Shown piece after piece: positions 14,846-29,167 of a stretch of DNA of 64,000 nucleotides. The position numbers and the translations under genes are program-made. A model generated the notes under the pieces. It did not search any database and was not told where the DNA came from. It was given only the letters and a program-made list of their open reading frames with translations. Each line of letters begins with the position of its first letter. Positions within the stretch are counted from its first letter, which is position 1. The DNA is from Eledone cirrhosa (lineage: Eukaryota): contig OZ024746.1 of the NCBI GenBank assembly GCA_964016885.1, positions 10,168,001-10,232,000 on the forward strand. Direction: 5' to 3'.

Positions 14846-15185
14846 GGAGGCACATGGCTCAGTGGTTAGAGCATTGGCCTTGCAATCGAAAGGTTGTGAG
14901 TTCAATTCTCAGACCGGGTGATGTGTTGTTTCCTTGAGCAAGACACTTTATTTCACATTGCTCCAGTTTACTCAGCTGTAGAAATGAGATGATAGTGACT
15001 GGGGTCCCTATCATTCCACTGTAAAGTGGACGTGTAGGTGCCACGGCAAAAAAAACGCACCCAGTACTCACTGTAAATGAGGTTGGTGTTAGGAAGGGCA
15101 TCCAGCTGTAGAAATCAAGCCAGAATTAGTTCCAGTCCCACCCTTGCAAGCAGGGAAAAGTGGACGTAAAATGAAATGAAATGAT
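14846..15185 (+). mobile_element. CORE-SINE family R, full length, inside (TA)n
   Basis: As above, plus ggaaaagtggacgtaaaatga tail. Confidence 0.9.
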
Positions 15186-15245
15186 ATATATATATATATA
15201 TATATATAGAAAGGATAAAAAGGACGATTGATTGCATTTATTGAT

Positions 15246-15324
15246 AGGTGACGCACGTTTCGCTACTCAAGGTTCGATCTATATCGATCCTACCCGACTC
15301 AATAATCCGCAGCTCGACAGACCC
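15246..15324 (-). ncRNA. Type I hammerhead motif with long stem II and core variant CUGUCGA
   Basis: Minus strand: gggt-CTGTCGA-gct...agc-GAAAC-gtgc-GTC-acct then AATAAA; unit is flanked by (TA)n. Confidence 0.65.
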
Positions 15325-15461
15325 TCTTAAAATGCTATAAGAAAATGAAATATATGCTCCCGGGTGAACCTGCAGTAACTCCTAGTTACACCCCCTGTAT
15401 ATATAATATATATATATAATATATATATATATATAATCATCATCGTTTAACGTCCATCTTC

Positions 15462-15493
<32 letters not shown>

Positions 15494-15689
15494 ATATATA
15501 TCATAAAATTATATCTGTATAAATACGGAGTGTGTAACTGAGAGTACACCAATGATATACACATATCTAATATGTAGGCCTGTAAACATGCCAGAAAATG
15601 CGAATTTCCCTGTAAAAATGAATGGCTATAAGTAATAGAATAACAATGGTTATTTCTATCTCTGCACCACAATCAGGACTAAATAAGGA

Positions 15690-16977
15690 ACAAAAGGACC
15701 TTTTCTATTAGGAACTCTTACAGACAATTTTCAGTAACAGATGACAAAGTCTTCATCATCCTAGCTGTTGACTTCAATGGACATGGTGGGCAGTACCAGG
15801 ATGGATACACTGGAGTGCCCAATGACTATCATTATAGCTGAAGAAATGTAGAGAGAGAAAGGTTCTTAGAATTCTATGCTGCAACACTAACTTCAGGAAA
15901 TTGGCCAGCTACTTGATCACCTACTAATCAGGTGAACACATTCTTACTTGTTAGAAAATGGGATAGACAGATTGTTATGAATAATGGTTTCCCAGAGAAA
16001 AATGCATCACCCAATATAAATGAGTTATTACTGACATCAGAATAAGCACTAGACGAAAAAAGAAGTGCAGGGAAATCTGGAGAAGAAGATTGTAGAAGCT
16101 TAGGGTATTTTCTGTTAAATATAGATTCAGAAGGGCTTTACTTGACTTATACTATGATAGAGAAGAGAAGTTAGATACATATGAATTATGAAAGTGACAG
16201 TATTCTAGCACAGCTAATTAGGAAATGAGTCACATTAGATGGGATGCAATTTGGTTTCATACGAGAGAGAAACATCACCTCTTCTTAGTGAGACAAAAGA
16301 AGTTCCTTGCTAAGTGTAAGCCACTATATCGAGCTTTCATTGTTCTGGAGAAGGCATCTAATAGAGTACCATGATCTGTCATTTGGTTATCCATAAGGAA
16401 ACTAAATGTAAATGAGTGGCTTGTGAGAGCAGTGCAAGCCATCTACAGAGGAGCTGTCAGTAAAGTGAGAGTAGGCAAATGAGTTTAGTGAGGAATTCAA
16501 TGTGAAGTTAGATGTTCATCAGGATTCAATCCTCAGCCCACTCTGAGTATGGTGTGTGATACTACATTGTAGCCAGACATGGACAATGAATGCAGAGAAC
16601 ATGCCAAAGGTGGAAAGAAATTAATAAAGCAGGCTTTGATGGATGTGCAATCTTAATGTATGTGAACAATGAAGCAGAGATGAGCTAAGAAAAAACTGGA
16701 ATCAGGTGTAGTGTACAAGAGAGAAAACTGCACTGGTATGGGCATTGTATGCATAAGGACAATGATTGTTAGGTGAAGAAGTGCCAAGAGATTTCAGTGG
16801 AGGAATATCGAGGAAGACTTGCGCAGAGGTCTTAAGAAGTGATTTCAAATCACAGAACTTCATAGATTAAATGATGAAAGAACACAATGAGTAGGGGGAA
16901 AATATGTTGGAAAACACCTTTCCAACCCATGCAAGCATGGAAAAGCGGGCAGAAAATGATAATGATGATGATGATGA
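15690..16977 (+). mobile_element. Old, internally deleted RTE LINE with APE endonuclease and RT remnants
   Basis: Decayed DFNGH, NFRK..LITY, MQFGF, AFIVLEKA..RVP, VHQDSILSPL and LHWYGH motifs; RTE-type tail with (TGA)n. Confidence 0.8.
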
Positions 16978-17347
16978 AAACTTTAAGCCATGTTTTATAT
17001 AGAAATGTCTTCACATTTCTTTCTTTGCCATTTTTCTATTCCTTTCAAATCCTTTCAAAGCCACCATTTTAATCTCTGCCACTCCTCAAATAACTCCACC
17101 GTTTATACAGTTTGCTTCTTTTTTTTTTTCAATCTTTTCTTATTTCAGTTGATTCTACAGAGTCACTCCCTAAAGTATTTACTCTTTTCTAAGCTATCTC
17201 TCTGCAATTAAGCTTCTTTTGTTCCAAATCTTTTTAATGTTTCTTTTTGGAAATAGAGATTTCCTCTTTTTTTCTTCTTTTCCTTTCATTTTTTTTTTTT
17301 TTTCATTCTTCTCTTTCATTCCATCCTATAATTTTATGCTATGTTGA

Positions 17348-18415
<1,068 letters not shown>

Positions 18416-18721
18416 TTAATTATATGCATTCTAAAAAAAATCCTTGATGTTGTTTGTAGCCTGTCATGCAAACAGAAAGCTTTCTTTTATATTTTTATAA
18501 ATCTTCTCTATTCCTATTTTCTGTCATTCTTTAAAATAGATAATACAACCTACACAACACACCAACTTCAATAAATATATAACAAATGTGTGTGTAATAC
18601 TTTGGCATGTATTTATGCGTGTGTCAAAAGAAGGAAAGAAATATATGTTTGTGTTTTGTGTGTATAGAAATATTCAATTCATCTAATTATATATGTCTGT
18701 ACACGCACATATATATATATA

Positions 18722-18912
18722 TCATCATCATCATCATTGATTAACGTCTATCTTCCACACTAGCATGGGTTAGACAGGTTTGTCGCATTTGAAGCAAGTT
18801 TGGTTGGGTGACCATGTCTCACTCGTATAGGACTGTTTCTGGCTGGTTTTTGACAGTTGGATGCCCTTCCTAATGCCAACCACATTTACAGTGTGTGCTG
18901 GGAGCTTTTTGG
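18722..18912 (-). mobile_element. RTE-type 3' UTR and tail fragment
   Basis: (CAT)n, ttccacactagcatgggttagac, ggatgcccttcctaa. Confidence 0.7.
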
Positions 18913-18916
18913 CATG

Positions 18917-18965
18917 TCTTCTACAGGACTAGAACTGTTTCATTCAAAAGAAAACATCAGGAAAG
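18917..18965 (-). ncRNA. Degenerate hammerhead, same family as 42551-42601
   Basis: Minus strand: ttc-CTGATGT-tttcttttgaat-GAAA-cagttctagtcctg-TA-gaa. Confidence 0.5.
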
Positions 18966-19211
18966 GGCGTATATATGTATATATATATATATATATAGGT
19001 TGAACATGGCCACAGCAATGTATTTGTGCCATTCGCTGGACTTTTTAGTTTTATCCCTTTGACAGCAAGAACTGTATTTTTAACAAAACTTATTTAATGT
19101 CCTAACTGTGGCAAAATTCATCAAATTTTCTCAATTTTACAGACATCAAGCTGTTATCTGAACAATATTCTAAAAAAAAGTATTTGATGTCACTGTGTTT
19201 GTATTGCAAAA

Positions 19212-19390
19212 ACAATGCACCCAGTAAACACTCATAAGTGGTTATGTTGGGAAGGGCATCCAGCCATAGAAACCATTCCAAATATGTAATGTATAAGCAA
19301 GATGAAGTCACTCCAATATGTCTAGTCTCAGACTGCAACAATCTGTCCAACACATGCCAGTGTGGAAAGTGGACATAAAATGAGGATGGT
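19212..19390 (+). mobile_element. Diverged RTE-type 3' UTR and tail fragment
   Basis: gcacccag..ggaagggcatccagc..ggaaagtggacataaaatga. Confidence 0.6.
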
Positions 19391-20964
19391 TAGAATTTTT
19401 TTAATTTAATACATGTTTGTATAACTTTTCAATTCCAATTAGTTACACCAGCTGACTTTGATATGTAAAATTGGGGGTTTGGTGTGTATTCTAATTTTTT
19501 GTATATGAGGGGCACCGCCAAACATGATATGCTCTGAGCCCCCCAGGGTCTAAATCTGGCCTGGGTGAATTAAACCAGCATACTGTTTTGTTGCTTTTCA
19601 TGTACATTTTTTCTCCATCACTCATCCAGCTATTTAATTCTTATGATGTCTTTAAATAACTCATTGATACCATAATCTATTAGTTGCAAAGTTCTCATCC
19701 GTCTTCCAGGAATTGTCATTTGTTGTGGTGTTATCAACAAAATTCTTCACTCAATGTGAACTAGATTAGTCCCAGATGAGTAAACTCTTTACCTGGTCTA
19801 ATCCACCAGGCCAGTATTTATCATAGTCATATGATTTTATTTATGATTTCTCAGTGGATTATTTAATAGGACATGTGTTTTGATGTCTACTTCAGAAGAT
19901 AATAGCATAGAAAAATTAATTTCCTCATTGTAACATTTGTGTTTAGGATAATATCTTGTTGATCTGTTGTTGAAGAAATAGTTGGCTTTTACAAGGAATA
20001 CATGGAAAAATTCAAATTTTGGAGCAAAAGAATGGAATCGGATTTTACATGAGTGTATACAGTGTATATATGTCTGTGTGTGTGTGACCAGTTTGACCAC
20101 AAATCTTGGTAGTACTCAATACATACTCATATATATATAGTCACATTCATGCAAGCATTTGTATAAGATGTGACTATATTCACGTCCTGGCATCAACTCA
20201 ACATTACATCAGTAATTCTGTAGTTGTGAAGCTATAACTCTTTCATATTAAGTTTTACTTGGAATGTTTCTGTTTTATTGATTCAATTCTTGCTGCATTT
20301 ATTTATTTATTTGCTTATCTTTTTCTCTTTTAAATATATATATAATTTTTTTCTTTAATCAATTATTCTATATTGAATATTTGACTCTTTAAATATAAAT
20401 TCATTCGTTCAAAAGTTTTAACAAGCTTTTGCTCAGTTCTGGTATTTCAAGGGTTTGTTTTCTTTTTCCTCATTTACTTCTCTGAATGAATTTCAACAAA
20501 TAATTTTCTCACAAGTGTAGTAAACTTTTCAAATGTTTAAAATATACATATTTCTGCCAAAAAGTCTTCACTCTTGTATATTTTGTTTACACTAAGACAA
20601 ACATACTTTTTAATTACCTAAATTAAACTAAAAAAATATCTTTCCTTGTTTGTGAGAATAGATTAATTACAACACAAACCATCATCATTTCAAAATGTTT
20701 CCAATAACAACATATTTAATATTTTCTAGTTTTCAGGGAGTTTTATCATAGAAATATCCAATTACATTGTCTTTAAATACTGAAAATGCCGACAAATCTT
20801 TCTGAAAAAAATATCAGTTCAATCAAATTTATAAAAGCATCTTATTCTGTTTGTTTGTAAAAAAAAAAGTGGAAACCTTGGTTCTTTATATATAAAAAAA
20901 AAACCTATTGGACTTGATATGTAGGTCAGTTGTAAAAGCTTCTATATGTCTAATGTCTAAAGTG

Positions 20965-21222
20965 TGTCTCAAGCCATGAGGAGGCTCACCAGGCCCATGC
21001 TTATCCCGGTTTCATGGCATGAAGTGACTGAGAATACAAGACTACCTCCTGGACAAGATGCCAGTCCATCACAGGGTTAAACCCCCAGCTATTGCTGGTA
21101 CTCATTTTCAGCCGAGTATACTGGAGCAATGTGAAATGAAGTGTTTTGCTCAAGAACACAAAACCCAACCCAACCCAGGGCATTATGATCATAAGTCCAA
21201 CTACCTTACCACTAGACCACAC
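20965..21222 (-). mobile_element. CORE-SINE family V (aaccctgtgatggactgg 3' module)
   Basis: Reverse complement of 49788-50063. Confidence 0.8.
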
Positions 21223-21895
21223 AAAATATTGGTGCAATAAAATTAGTTTAGAATTAGTCTTAGTTTAAAAAAGGAAGCATAAAAAAAGCAGTTGATCTGA
21301 AGCTTAGAAAAGAGTTAAGTGCAGTCTTTAAACCAACCGAGTAAGAGTATCATATAAGTAGAAATAACATAAACATAGATTGAGCTATGATACATCTTAT
21401 AATAGTTGGTGTCATTGTTACCATAGCCTTTGTGGTTACCACAGTTGTCATTGTTCTTTCTGTTTAGACCAGGCATTCCCAAGAATTTTTTTTGCATAAT
21501 CACCCTCTTTCAAAAGCATACCAAAAATATTTGGTAAAAGTTTGTTACTGGTTCCTTATTCCCATTAACCTCCTGTTTTTTATACAGGTTCTTTAAATAT
21601 CTTTCAATGTTTGTTTTCGAGTAGCATATGTTGAAATACTTTCTTAATAGTCAAAATCCTATATCATCCAGCAACCCAACCCATAACCCTGCTACCCACT
21701 TACATTTTTGCTCAAGGTACTGCATAGTGTAATTGAACACAAAAACATGAATATCACCCTGTCTTGTTAACATATTTATTAACATCAAAATATGGAAAAA
21801 CCAATTCCTTAACATAAAACTTGGTAACTCTTAGTTGATATTCATTAAAGACAGGGATACAAACACACACACTTATAAATATATATATATATATA

Positions 21896-21966
<71 letters not shown>

Positions 21967-22014
21967 AATATATATATATATAGTTATGTAATAAACAACA
22001 TAAGGCAATTATAT

Positions 22015-22071
22015 TCATTTACCAGTGGTTTCTTAAAAGCAAAAGAATTTTGCTTTCAATCATCAGAATGA
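22015..22071 (-). ncRNA. Type I hammerhead ribozyme with intact core
   Basis: Minus strand: tcatt-CTGATGA-ttgaaagcaaaa/ttttgcttttaa-GAAA-ccactgg-TA-aatga; inside fold-back unit 21981-22164. Confidence 0.85.
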
Positions 22072-22225
22072 GAAAATCCGGGAGGAAAAGAGGATTTTCT
22101 CATTCTGATATTATATTTACCTCTGGTAAATATAATTGCCTTATGTTGTTCATTACATAACTATTAAGCTCTGTTACCTACATAGAGCACTCTTTTTTCC
22201 TGGACTTTTCCGACGGAATTACTTC

Positions 22226-22265
<40 letters not shown>

Positions 22266-22599
22266 TACTTTCACTCTCTCTATCTCTATTTGTCTGCCTT
22301 TCTCTTTTTATAGGAAAGTTATCAATTTACATGTTTTCCATATTTTAATACTTTCTTTTCTATATTTTAGTATTTTTAGTTTATTATTATTATTATTATT
22401 TATTATCTTTTTTTAATTCCAATCTGATGCTATCGATTTTTTTGTTCTTTCCTTTTGATCTCCTTGTCACGGTTCTCGTAGGAGATGTTTTAACAAGACA
22501 TCATTTAGTCATATGTTATTTAATCATAACCTCAGGTAAAGTTTCATCCAACAACTTCCAAAGCTATAATTACTGTGTGCTAGGCCTCATTTACAACTA

Positions 22600-23292
22600 A
22601 CACCACTGCCACCATTACTGTTGCCACCACTACCCCCACCATCACCAACACCACCATTGTCACCGTTGCCATTACCATCATCGCAACAATCACCATCATT
22701 AATAACACCACTGTCAAGACCAACACCACCATCATCACCATTGCCATCACCACCACCACCACCACCACAACAATCATCACCACCGCCATCACCATTACCA
22801 CCACTACCACCATTACCACCACCACCATCCATCATCATCACAACAATCACACCATCATCAACACCACCATCATCAACACCATCACCACCACCATCATCAA
22901 CACCATCACCACCACCACCACCACCATTACCACCACCATCATCACAACAATCACCATCACCACCACTACCAACACCAACACCACCACCATCATCACAACA
23001 ATCACCATCACCACTACCAACACCAACACCACCACCATCATCACAACAATCACCATCACCACCACCACCACCACTGTCAATCAAGATTGACAGCATCACC
23101 ACCACCACCACCACCACCACCATTACCACCACCATCATTACAACAATCACCATCACCACCACCAACATCAACACCACCACCATCATCACAACAATCACCA
23201 TCACCACCACCACCACCACCACCATCACAACAATCACCACCACTGCCACCACCATCAACACCACAATCCCTACAACAACAACAGCAACAACA
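22600..23292. repeat. (CAC/CAT/CAA)n trinucleotide array with higher-order units
   Basis: Repeated catcatcacaacaatcaccatcacc unit. Confidence 0.9.
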
Positions 23293-23581
23293 ATATACTT
23301 TGGTCAGTAATTATTTCTCTGTTTAAATTTAAAGTGATTATCTCCTAAAATTATTTTCTAGCTTCTCTGTGATTAAGTTGGAAAAGTTTTTATATTCTAG
23401 AAAGACAATTTCCTAACTGGGCAAACACACTTTTGATATTCCTCCTCATCATTGTCGTCACCATCATCATCATCATCATCCTCAGTGATGTTAGAGCAAT
23501 CATAATGGAAGACTGGTGATGGTAGAGGTTGTAGTAGACAATGTAGTGGTGCTGGTGGTGGTGGTGGTGGTACAGCCAGTT

Positions 23582-23769
23582 AATAATTGTTTCTACTTTA
23601 GGCACAAGGCCAGCAATTACCCCCAGCGCATTACTGGTACTTTATTTTATCGACCCCGTAAGGATGAAAGGCAAAGTCAACCTCGGCGGGATTTGAACTC
23701 AGATCGTAAAGGGACGTAACTATGCTGGAAAGCATGGCGTCCGACCCTCTACCGATACTGCCAATCCAC
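23582..23769 (-). mobile_element. SINE family M, young, TSD cagccagt
   Basis: Near-identical to 57315-57503. Confidence 0.9.
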
Positions 23770-26526
23770 AGCCAGTAATAATGGTTACTAATTTACATAC
23801 AAGGCCAACAATTTTAGTGGGAGAGGAAACAGTAGATTATATAGACCACAGCATATAACTGCTACTTTATTGTAACCCTTTCATTACCATATTCCTAATG
23901 AAAAACACTGCCTATGGTTTTTAACTTTAGGAGGCTGAATTTTGTTTATGAATTGCTTCCCTTGACACAGTATTATGTATTAAAGGGAGATTGCTCTATC
24001 TGCGACTTCTGTCACCCACAGCACCAAGAGGAATAAATCATTTTAAAAACAGTAAAGTATTTGGAAAGATTTAGTAATATATCTAGTGATGAAAGCAAAG
24101 TTAAATAACATGTGCAGACAGTAGAGTCAATAATTATTACTTCATCAGTTCTCTACTAACCACATGATTTCATATGGTAAAGGAGTATCATGTATTTTAG
24201 GCTAGCTCATGTAACAGAAGAAATATATTGCAGAGTTGCAATATAAAACTGAACAACCAATATAAAAAAGAAATGTTCAACTTAAACAGGAAGCAAGTAT
24301 ATATATATACTTTTCAGACACCCTATACATATATACAAATAAAATGTAGAGTTATTAACTCATATTGATACTCTGTAATTAACAAGCTCAAAGTATAAAT
24401 ACTGAGCATTATATAATAATATATGTAGTAATAAACACAGTAATTTGTGTGTCTAAAATTACAAGGGTTGAAATACCACGTTGGTTTGACAAATTTAACC
24501 TGAAGCAAACGGAAAATACATAATAAAATATACTGACCGTCTCAATAACTATTTCATCTCCCGGACAGATTAGAGATTTTATCATTTTCGCCCTGAGAAT
24601 TGTGTTTGTAACAAATAATCCGTAGGCTTCATCAGCAGGAGATTAGATTAAATGTGACAAACACCTAAAGCTAAAAGCCACTCGAATGAACATTTCACCT
24701 CGTGTGCGGGAAGTCAAAAGTGGTGTGAGTAGATAGGCTAGAAACAATAGCCTTATTACACCCAACTTATAAGCTCACCTAGTTAGGGAACCGTAATATA
24801 TATATATACATACATATATATATAATGTCAAAGTAGTAGATAATCCAAGGCTTTATAATAGAAGACACTTGCTTAACATTCCATACAGTGAGATTGAACC
24901 AGGAAGTCTATGGTTATGAAGCAAACCTCTTAACCACATAGCTAAGTGCAGTCACATAAAAAAACAGAAAAAACTTACCCCCATTATTCCCATTCTCAAT
25001 AGAATTATTACAGAAATGGTTGACATCAGACGCAATTGAATATTTTGCACATGACTTGTTTACAAACCTTATTTATTCTTATTAAATTAGATATAGATTG
25101 CTTAAAGCTATTTCACAAAATACCATTGGATGTTTGCAAACTAAATAATGCATTGAGTGTTAGGAAATTCTTGTTTCTGCCTTGTTGATTGATATTCAAT
25201 AGAAGCACCTTTTACATATTCACATGTATTTATTGTTTTATAGGTGGAGGTGGTGCTGGTGAGGGGGGGGGGGGATGATGATGAAACCTAGAGCAATATA
25301 TCATTGATCTCGCTTTTACCTTTGATTTTCTACTTTCTATCTTCAATACTGTTTCCAATGGTATATTCTTCACCTATCTTCCATAACAACATAGATTGTC
25401 AGAATCATGAGGACATCTAACAAAATACCTCACAGTTTTCAATTATGTATCTTTATTTTCTAAACTGACCAAGGTTAACTTTGCCTTCCTTCCTTCCAAA
25501 ATCAATAAATCCTATAAAAGTAACTTAACAATAGATTCTTATGTATAAATTTGAGAGTAAGCTTAAATTTAAATAAATCACTTTAAAATGGACTATCTAA
25601 CCAAATTGAAGTTAAATGATGATGACGATGATAAGTTTTGTATCATAAAACTAGAGGCTGTTTCATGTGGGTTGGTGTCAAAGGTCTTATACTTGGAAAG
25701 TAACACTAACATAAACTAATCTCAAATATCTCTTAATGAAATACATTTTTGTTGTACCCACGAGAAAGTGTGTATAACATAAAACAAAACAAAAAGCTGT
25801 TATGGACCTATTCTTATGGGAATGTTTCTGATTTAAATTATATTTGTATTCAGTTTCAACATAATATTTCTGTACTGCTTTAATGAAGAGCAAAGGCTTG
25901 ACAATACCAGTGTGCAGTTGAAGGGAGATAATTCTGATACTTTACACAGTAAACAGCACAGTTGATTTTTTTTGCTCTCTACTAAACAGATTTTTTGCTG
26001 GTGCATAACACCATTAGTTGCCTTGAATTCTAGCGTTTGACAGTGTTTTATTTTACCTTGAAGCTAATCACTATTGCTTTACTACAATAGTATCTGCTTC
26101 TATTGTCTTCATTATCATTTACAAACTGATAATTCACTCATGCAAAAATTTCCCATTAAATATTATGAAATATGAATTCAAGTTCTCTTTTTTTTATTTC
26201 AAATAAACTTTATGATTTTATTAAGTTGAATAACAGCAAAATAATTTTGATTTGTTTTATCTTATTGTTTTAGTTATATTTCAAATTTATTTCAGTTCAT
26301 AATGTATATATGTATATATATAATGTGTATACATGTGTGTATTGATGTGTGTGTGTGCATGTGTGTGTTGAGTTATTTATTGAAGTAGTTGAGTCTGTGT
26401 GCCGTAGATTGAATGATCATATGAATGCATGTATCTATATATCTGTGTGTATATAATGTGTGTGTGTGTGTGTGAATACTGAAGTGATAGGATCCCGACC
26501 ATGAGCCCTGTAGTGTATATATATAT

Positions 26527-27053
<527 letters not shown>

Positions 27054-27145
27054 GGAAAGTTATATTTAAATTGTTGGGTTACAACTAGTAAAAGTTGAAC
27101 TGCCAATTCAACTTTTCAAATACAAGTCGATGTTGTTACGGTATG

Positions 27146-27211
27146 TATTTTGTCTGAGGAAGGCATAGCATATTGTTAATATGATATCCCTGAAATATAT
27201 ATAATGAAATA
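27146..27211 (+). ncRNA. Minimal hammerhead, diverged relative of the 3391 family
   Basis: tattttgt-CTGAGGA-aggcatagcatatt/aatatgatatccct-GAAA-tatata-TA-atgaaata (stem I kept by G-U pairs); same downstream ggttttataaatatagtttcca end. Confidence 0.8.
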
Positions 27212-27248
27212 AATGTGGTTTTATAAATATAGTTTCCATTTATTTAAT

Positions 27249-27294
<46 letters not shown>

Positions 27295-27316
27295 TTCAGT
27301 AAATACACACACACAC

Positions 27317-27917
27317 ATCATCATCATCATCATCATCACCGTTTTACGTCCGTTCTTCCACGCTAGCATGGGTTAGACGGGTTGTCCTGTTGTGTGCAGT
27401 GTCTGGTCGGCTGACCATGTCTTGCTCGTACAGGAACTAATCTGGCTTGATTTCTACAGCTGGATGCCCTTCCTAACACCAACCTCATTTACAGTGAGTG
27501 CTGGGTACTTTTTTCGTGGCGCCTACACGTCCACTTTACAGTGTGGGCTGGGTGCTTTTTTGCCGTGGCACCTCCACGACCACCTTGCGGTGGGGGGGGG
27601 GGGCATATTGTTTATATGCTTCAGCATGTACCCATGGGAGGTCGGGTACTCTGTATTACTGCGTGACGCCAGAAGTCACGGTCGTGTGTCATTGTCTTTG
27701 AGAGGTGTAATTGGGTACGGTCGGCTTTTATCACCTCATCCCAGGTCATCTTGGGTCTCCCCACTCCGTGGTTTCCATCAACTTCTAGTGCTCTGCACCT
27801 TTTTATGCAGCTGTCATCCTTCATACGCATCACATGTCCATACCAGCGCAACCGCCTCTCCTGCACACAGCATTTGATTCCTCTTATGCTCAGTCTCTCT
27901 CTCAATTCATTTATGCT
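27317..27917 (-). mobile_element. RTE LINE 3' end, same family as 12870-14118
   Basis: ORF 27621-27905 is almost identical to the C-terminus of the 12881 ORF; same UTR and (CAT)n tail. Confidence 0.95.
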
Positions 27918-28107
27918 TTATATATATATATGTAGGAGGTGAGTTTTATTGTAGTACAATAGTACAATAAAGCAATGCAGATATTTATTGTAGTACAATA
28001 GTACAATAAAGCAATGCAGATATCGGATAAGTAGCACTCTACAGTTTGTAGGACTGGAGTATAAATAATAATATATAAGATCAAAAGGTGGTTAAAAGAG
28101 TTCCATG

Positions 28108-28178
28108 TATTTTATTATGCGCATTTCAAAAACAAATATCATCATGCAATAACATTTGCGTTTTCGTCAGATAAAATA
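28108..28178 (-). ncRNA. Hammerhead, opposite arm of the 28068-28413 palindrome
   Basis: Reverse complement of 28303-28373. Confidence 0.85.
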
Positions 28179-28302
28179 GGGAGACATGATATGCAGGTTA
28201 AAACACACTTGTGAATAGTGCAGTTTTAAATCAACATATATATATGTTGATTTAAAACTGCACTATTCACAAGTGTGTTTTAACCTTCATATCATGTCTC
28301 CC

Positions 28303-28373
28303 TATTTTATCTGACGAAAACGCAAATGTTATTGCATGATGATATTTGTTTTTGAAATGCGCATAATAAAATA
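28303..28373 (+). ncRNA. Minimal hammerhead with palindromic stem III TGCGCA
   Basis: tattttat-CTGACGA-aaacgcaaatgtta..tgatatttgttttt-GAAA-tgcgca-TA-ataaaata. Confidence 0.85.
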
Positions 28374-28403
28374 CATGGAACTCTTTTAACCATCTTTTGA
28401 TCT

Positions 28404-28490
<87 letters not shown>

Positions 28491-28689
28491 TTATATACAC
28501 ATAGATATATAGATACATGCATTCATATGATCGTTCAATCTATGGCACACAGACTCAACTACTTCAATAAATAACTCAACACACACATGCACACACACAC
28601 ATCAATACACACATGTATACACATTTAAACACAATTTGAACTTGTTCTTCTTTACCCTTCTTTCCTCAATAAAAAAACATTTATGTACT

Positions 28690-28905
28690 TTTTCACAACT
28701 TCATCACTTTATTTTGTCTCTCACCACCTCCGCCCATGTTTCCCGTGGTCTTCCTCTACTGCGTCTTCCTTCCACCGGGATTTCTTGGTACTTCTTCACC
28801 CAGCGGTCATCTTGCAAGCACATCACATGGCCATACCAACGCAATCTTCTCTCCTCTACACTACAGTTTATCCCTCTTATACACAGTTTCACTCTCAACT
28901 TGCCT
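28690..28905 (-). mobile_element. RTE LINE fragment of a different subfamily
   Basis: ORF 28704-28898 ERRLRWYGHV...GRRSRGRPRETW. Confidence 0.85.
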
Positions 28906-29087
28906 ATATATGTTACTTTGGAATTATTTATTAGTCACAACTATGGATGGTCCATCCAAAATATTGGGACTAATAAATATTATGGTTCTTATTGTTCTTC
29001 CTCTTCTCCCAATTTTGGAACCTTGATATTTACAGCTCCCTACCCCTTGCATTGTAGCAGCTTTCTAGACATAACTACGTTTCATAT

Positions 29088-29167
29088 ACAGGGTGTCCCA
29101 AAAAAATGTAAGCATACTTCAACTGCATTCTAATCAAAGTGTACATACATTTTTGGGGACATCCTTT
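29088..29167. mobile_element. Tc1/mariner-like mini-MITE (~80 bp)
   Basis: ta-cagggtgtcccaaaaaaatgta ... tacatttttggggacatcctt-ta. Confidence 0.7.

Noticed and set aside
14846-14920. tRNA gene-like sequence
   Set aside because: It is the tRNA-derived head of a SINE and continues into CORE and RTE tail in several copies
22580-23326. Pro/Thr/Gly/Val-rich ORFs resembling extensin or mucin
   Set aside because: Trinucleotide repeat open in several frames on both strands; no splice or domain support
24575-24645. Minus-strand CTGATGA...GAAA pair, also considered as an exon
   Set aside because: Stem I does not close; frames after the candidate acceptors hit stops
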